Origin: Octopus sinensis
Taxonomy: Eukaryota
NCBI RefSeq assembly: GCF_006345805.1
Contig: NW_021827348.1
Coordinates: 1-10,582 of the forward strand
Length of the DNA: 10,582 nt
Direction of reading: 5' to 3'
Below the pieces are notes generated by a model. That model did not search any database. It was not told the origin of the DNA and saw only the letters and a program-made list of their open reading frames with translations. Within the stretch, counting starts at the first letter, position 1. Each line of letters starts with the position of its first letter. Position numbers and translations under genes: made by a program. Shown here piece by piece: positions 8,124-10,582 of this stretch.

Positions 8124-8680
8124 TTGGGTTGTCCGGAAAGTTCGTGTCGATTTTTAAAGGAAAGAAAAAGGTCAATAAATACATGCCATTACATTTTTAA
8201 TCAACCAAATGTGAACCATTTTGTTGCACAATGCGTATTTTAACTTGAAAATACCCTCTTCCCAGAATTGAGGTGGTTTCATGGCAAAGAATTCATCAAG
8301 GTATTTTTTTTACGTCATCCAAGGAATTGAAATTTTTACCATTAAGACTATTCTGCAGATACCTGAATAAGTGGAAATCCGAAGGAGCAATATCTGGTGA
8401 ATATGGAGGGTGGGGTAACACATCCTAGCCGAGCTGCAGCAATTTTTGTCTGTTTCCCAAAGCATCAAGTGCCGAAAATGAACTTTCTTATCTTCCATTT
8501 TAAAGGGTTACAGAATTTACACAGGTTATAGGAACATAAACCTTATTCCACGAAAAGATAGTTTAAACTATGCTCTAAATGGAGGTGTAATCAAATCCTA
8601 TTTTATGGACTCAACCATATTCTAAAATAAGTCGAAAGGTAAGCTACTATAAATCGGCACGAACTTTCCGGACAACCCAA
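8124..8680 (-). mobile_element. 557-bp internally deleted mariner DNA transposon (non-autonomous)
   Basis: 30-bp TIRs: TTGGGTTGTCCGGAAAGTTCGTGTCGATTT (8124-8153) against 8651-8680, with one mismatch. TA TSD lies at 8122-8123 and 8681-8682. A transposase remnant lies inside. Confidence 0.95.
8197..8498 (-). pseudogene. Mariner (DD34D-type) transposase remnant: N-terminal 15 codons fused out of frame to the C-terminus
   Basis: MEDKKVHFRHLMLWE (8498-8454) is followed in another frame by RQKLLQLG*DVLPHPPYSPDIAPSDFHLFRYLQNSLNGKNFNSLDDVKK. After a frameshift in an A-run it continues YLDEFFAMKPPQFWEEGIFKLK...RIVQQNGSHLVD*. YSPDIAPSD (8403-8377) is the mariner YSPDLAPxD signature. There is an in-frame TAG at 8427-8425. 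Confidence 0.92.
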
Positions 8681-9055
8681 TACGTTAATTTCATGGGTCA
8701 GCCATATAAGATTTTGTTGATCGTATCAACTGAAACACTCATTTAAAAGATTCAAAATATAAACAATGATAAACCATGAAACAAATCTTTATTGTCCAAA
8801 ATGAAGCAAAACTAACAGTAAGATGGAAAATAATGTTTCTTTTTGTATAATTCCACTTTATTTATATTTGAGAAGTTTTCTCCAATTTATTTTTAATTGG
8901 AAAGTCTTTGATCACATCCTTAGTATGACAACAGGAATACTTCGAATTATTTCAGCAAGTTTAAAGTTTTTTTTTTTTTTTGTGCCGTAAACCAATTGCC
9001 ATTTCTGTGATGCCTCCATCTTCCTTTGATTACTACGAACGTGCTTACTTTTTTT

Positions 9056-9430
9056 TTTCTTTACTGCCCACAAGGAGCTAAACACAGAGGGGACAAACAA
9101 GAACAGACAAACGGATTAAGTCGATTATATTGACCCCAGTGCGTAACTGGTACGAATTTAATCGACCCCGAAAGGATGAAAGGCAAAGTCGACCTCGGCG
9201 GAATTTGAACTCGGAACGTAACGGCAGAAGAAACACTGCTAAGCATTTCGCCCGGGGTGCTAACGTTTCTTATTTCTTTACTGCCCACAAGGGACTACAC
9301 ACAGAGGGGACAAACAAGAACAGACAAACGGATTAAGTCGATTATATCGACCCCAGTACGTAACTGGTACTTATTTAATCGACCCCGAAAGGATGAAAGG
9401 CAAAGTCGACCTCGACGGAATTTGAACTCG
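9056..9430 (-). mobile_element. SINE-like family C, tandem units (period 217 bp; one full and one partial)
   Basis: TTTACTGCCCACAAGG recurs at 9060 and 9277. The minus strand carries B-box-like GAGTTCAAATTCC, followed by GCCTTTCATCCTTTCGGGGTCGAT. Confidence 0.85.
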
Positions 9431-9673
9431 ATTAAATAAGTACCAGTTACGCACTGGGGTCGATATAATCGACTTAATCCGTTTGTCTGTCCTTGTTTGT
9501 CCTCTCTATGTTTAGCCCCTTGTGGGCAATAAAGAAATAAGAAAGGTTAGCACGCCGGGCGAAATGCTTCGCAGTATTTCGTCTGTCTTTACGTTCTCAG
9601 TTCAAATTCCGCCGAGGTCGACTTTGCCTTTCATCCTTTCGGGGTCGATAAATTAAGTACCAGATGAGCACTC
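9428..9673 (+). mobile_element. SINE-like family C, tandem partial units in opposite orientation
   Basis: Reverse complement of 9147-9382, with about 20 mismatches in 236 bp counted by eye. Similarity fades after CCAGATGAGCACT, and a variant tail may extend to about 9710. Confidence 0.85.
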
Positions 9674-9940
9674 CCACCCCCGAAATTGCTGGCCTTGTGC
9701 CAAAATTTGGAATTATCCTTTTCATCATCAGAAATGAGGTCTCAGAAGTTCCTATGTCCTGCAGTTTACACCTGCAACTAAAAATAGGGTTCACACTGAT
9801 GTTGTAGATCAGCGTTGCTCGACCGGGGTCTATGTGACCCTAGAGGTTCCATATAAGATTTTCTTGTTAAAATCTATGTACCATAAAAATTGGTTAATCT
9901 TCTAGAATACACAAAATATTTTGACAATTTTTTTTACGTA

Positions 9941-10098
9941 GGAGTGGCTGTGTGGTAAGTAGCTTGCTTACCAACCACATGGTTCCGGGTTCAGTCCCAC
10001 TGCGTGTCACCTTGGGCGAGTGTTTTCTACAATAGCTTCGGGACAACCAAAGCCTTGTGAGTGGATTTGGTAGACGGAAACTGAAAGAAGCCGGTCGT
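9941..10098 (+). mobile_element. SINE family A, head half of a host copy with intact-looking Pol III boxes
   Basis: GGAGTGGCTGTGTGGTAAG has A-box-like TGGCTGTGTGG at 9945-9955 and B-box-like GGTTCAGTCC at 9988-9997. The segment runs into (AT)n. Confidence 0.9.
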
Positions 10099-10156
10099 AT
10101 ATATGCTTATATATATATATATATTATATATATATATATATATTTTATATATATAC

Positions 10157-10525
10157 ACTTTACTCTTTTACTTGTTTCAGTCATTTGAATGCGGCCATGC
10201 TGGAGCACCGCCTTTTAGTCGAGCAAATCGACCCCAGGACTTATTCTTTGTAAGCCTAGCACTTATTCTATCGGTTTCTTTTGCCGAACCGCTAAGTAAC
10301 GGTTGTCAAGCGATGTTGGGGGACAAACACAGACACACAAACACGCACACACATATACATATATATATATACGACAGGCTTCTTTCAGTTTCCGTCTACC
10401 AAATTCACTCATAAGGCTTTGGTCGGCCCGAGGCTATAGTAGAAGACACTTGCCCAAGGTGTCACACAGTGGTTCTGAACCCGGAACCGTGTGGTTGGTA
10501 AGCAAGCTACTTACCACACAGCCAC
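10157..10525 (-). mobile_element. SINE family A, near full-length copy nested antisense in the host copy
   Basis: Colinear with 597-964 and 6410-6804. Confidence 0.92.
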
Positions 10526-10582
10526 GTGTGTGTGTGTTTGTCTCCCCAACATCGCTTGACAACCGATGCTGGTGTGTTTACG
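10526..10582 (+). mobile_element. SINE family A, start of the tail half of the host copy (cut by the window end)
   Basis: GTGTGTTTGTCTCCCCAACATCGCTTGACAACCGATGCTGGTGTGTTTACG is the family A segment that follows the internal microsatellite. Confidence 0.88.

Noticed and set aside
8310-8498. 62-aa ORF as a functional small protein
   Set aside because: Only the first 15 codons are transposase. The rest is an out-of-frame reading across the deletion junction.
8912-9336. Short ORFs overlapping 8912-9336
   Set aside because: They run across a poly-T tract and family C repeats, and no recognisable motif is present.
9056-9673. Repeat cluster as a CRISPR-like or tRNA gene array
   Set aside because: The units are 217-bp near-identical copies without unique spacers, the context is eukaryotic, and no complete cloverleaf is present.
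775-10414. Recurrent peptides DCGHAGAPP, RRASFSFRLPNPLTRL and HMVPGSVPLRGTLGKCLLL, which look like a paralogous protein family
   Set aside because: They are translations of the non-coding family A SINE. Frames and stops differ between copies.

Overview
Non-coding, repeat-saturated eukaryotic DNA (intronic or intergenic). The repeat families look from memory like Octopus (coleoid cephalopod) repeats; I have not verified this by search. No intact protein-coding gene is supported, and almost all listed ORFs are translations of microsatellites or SINEs. The window holds about eight full or partial copies of one tRNA-headed SINE with an internal microsatellite (family A) and one copy of a second tRNA-derived SINE (family B). 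A third SINE-like unit of about 217 bp forms a tandem-plus-inverted array (family C). There is also a 557-bp internally deleted mariner with 30-bp TIRs, TA TSD and a YSPDIAPSD remnant, and a 414-bp TA-flanked MITE inside a probable Helitron-like 5' end. A short Penelope-like fragment carries a minimal type I hammerhead-ribozyme-like motif with a variant core. Long (CATA)n, (CTAT)n, (CT)n, (CA)n and (AT)n tracts fill much of the rest. I found no new protein-encoding system. The most interesting signals are the hammerhead-like motif, repeated antisense SINE-into-SINE nesting at the SINE's own microsatellite, and several long inverted repeats that could form dsRNA.
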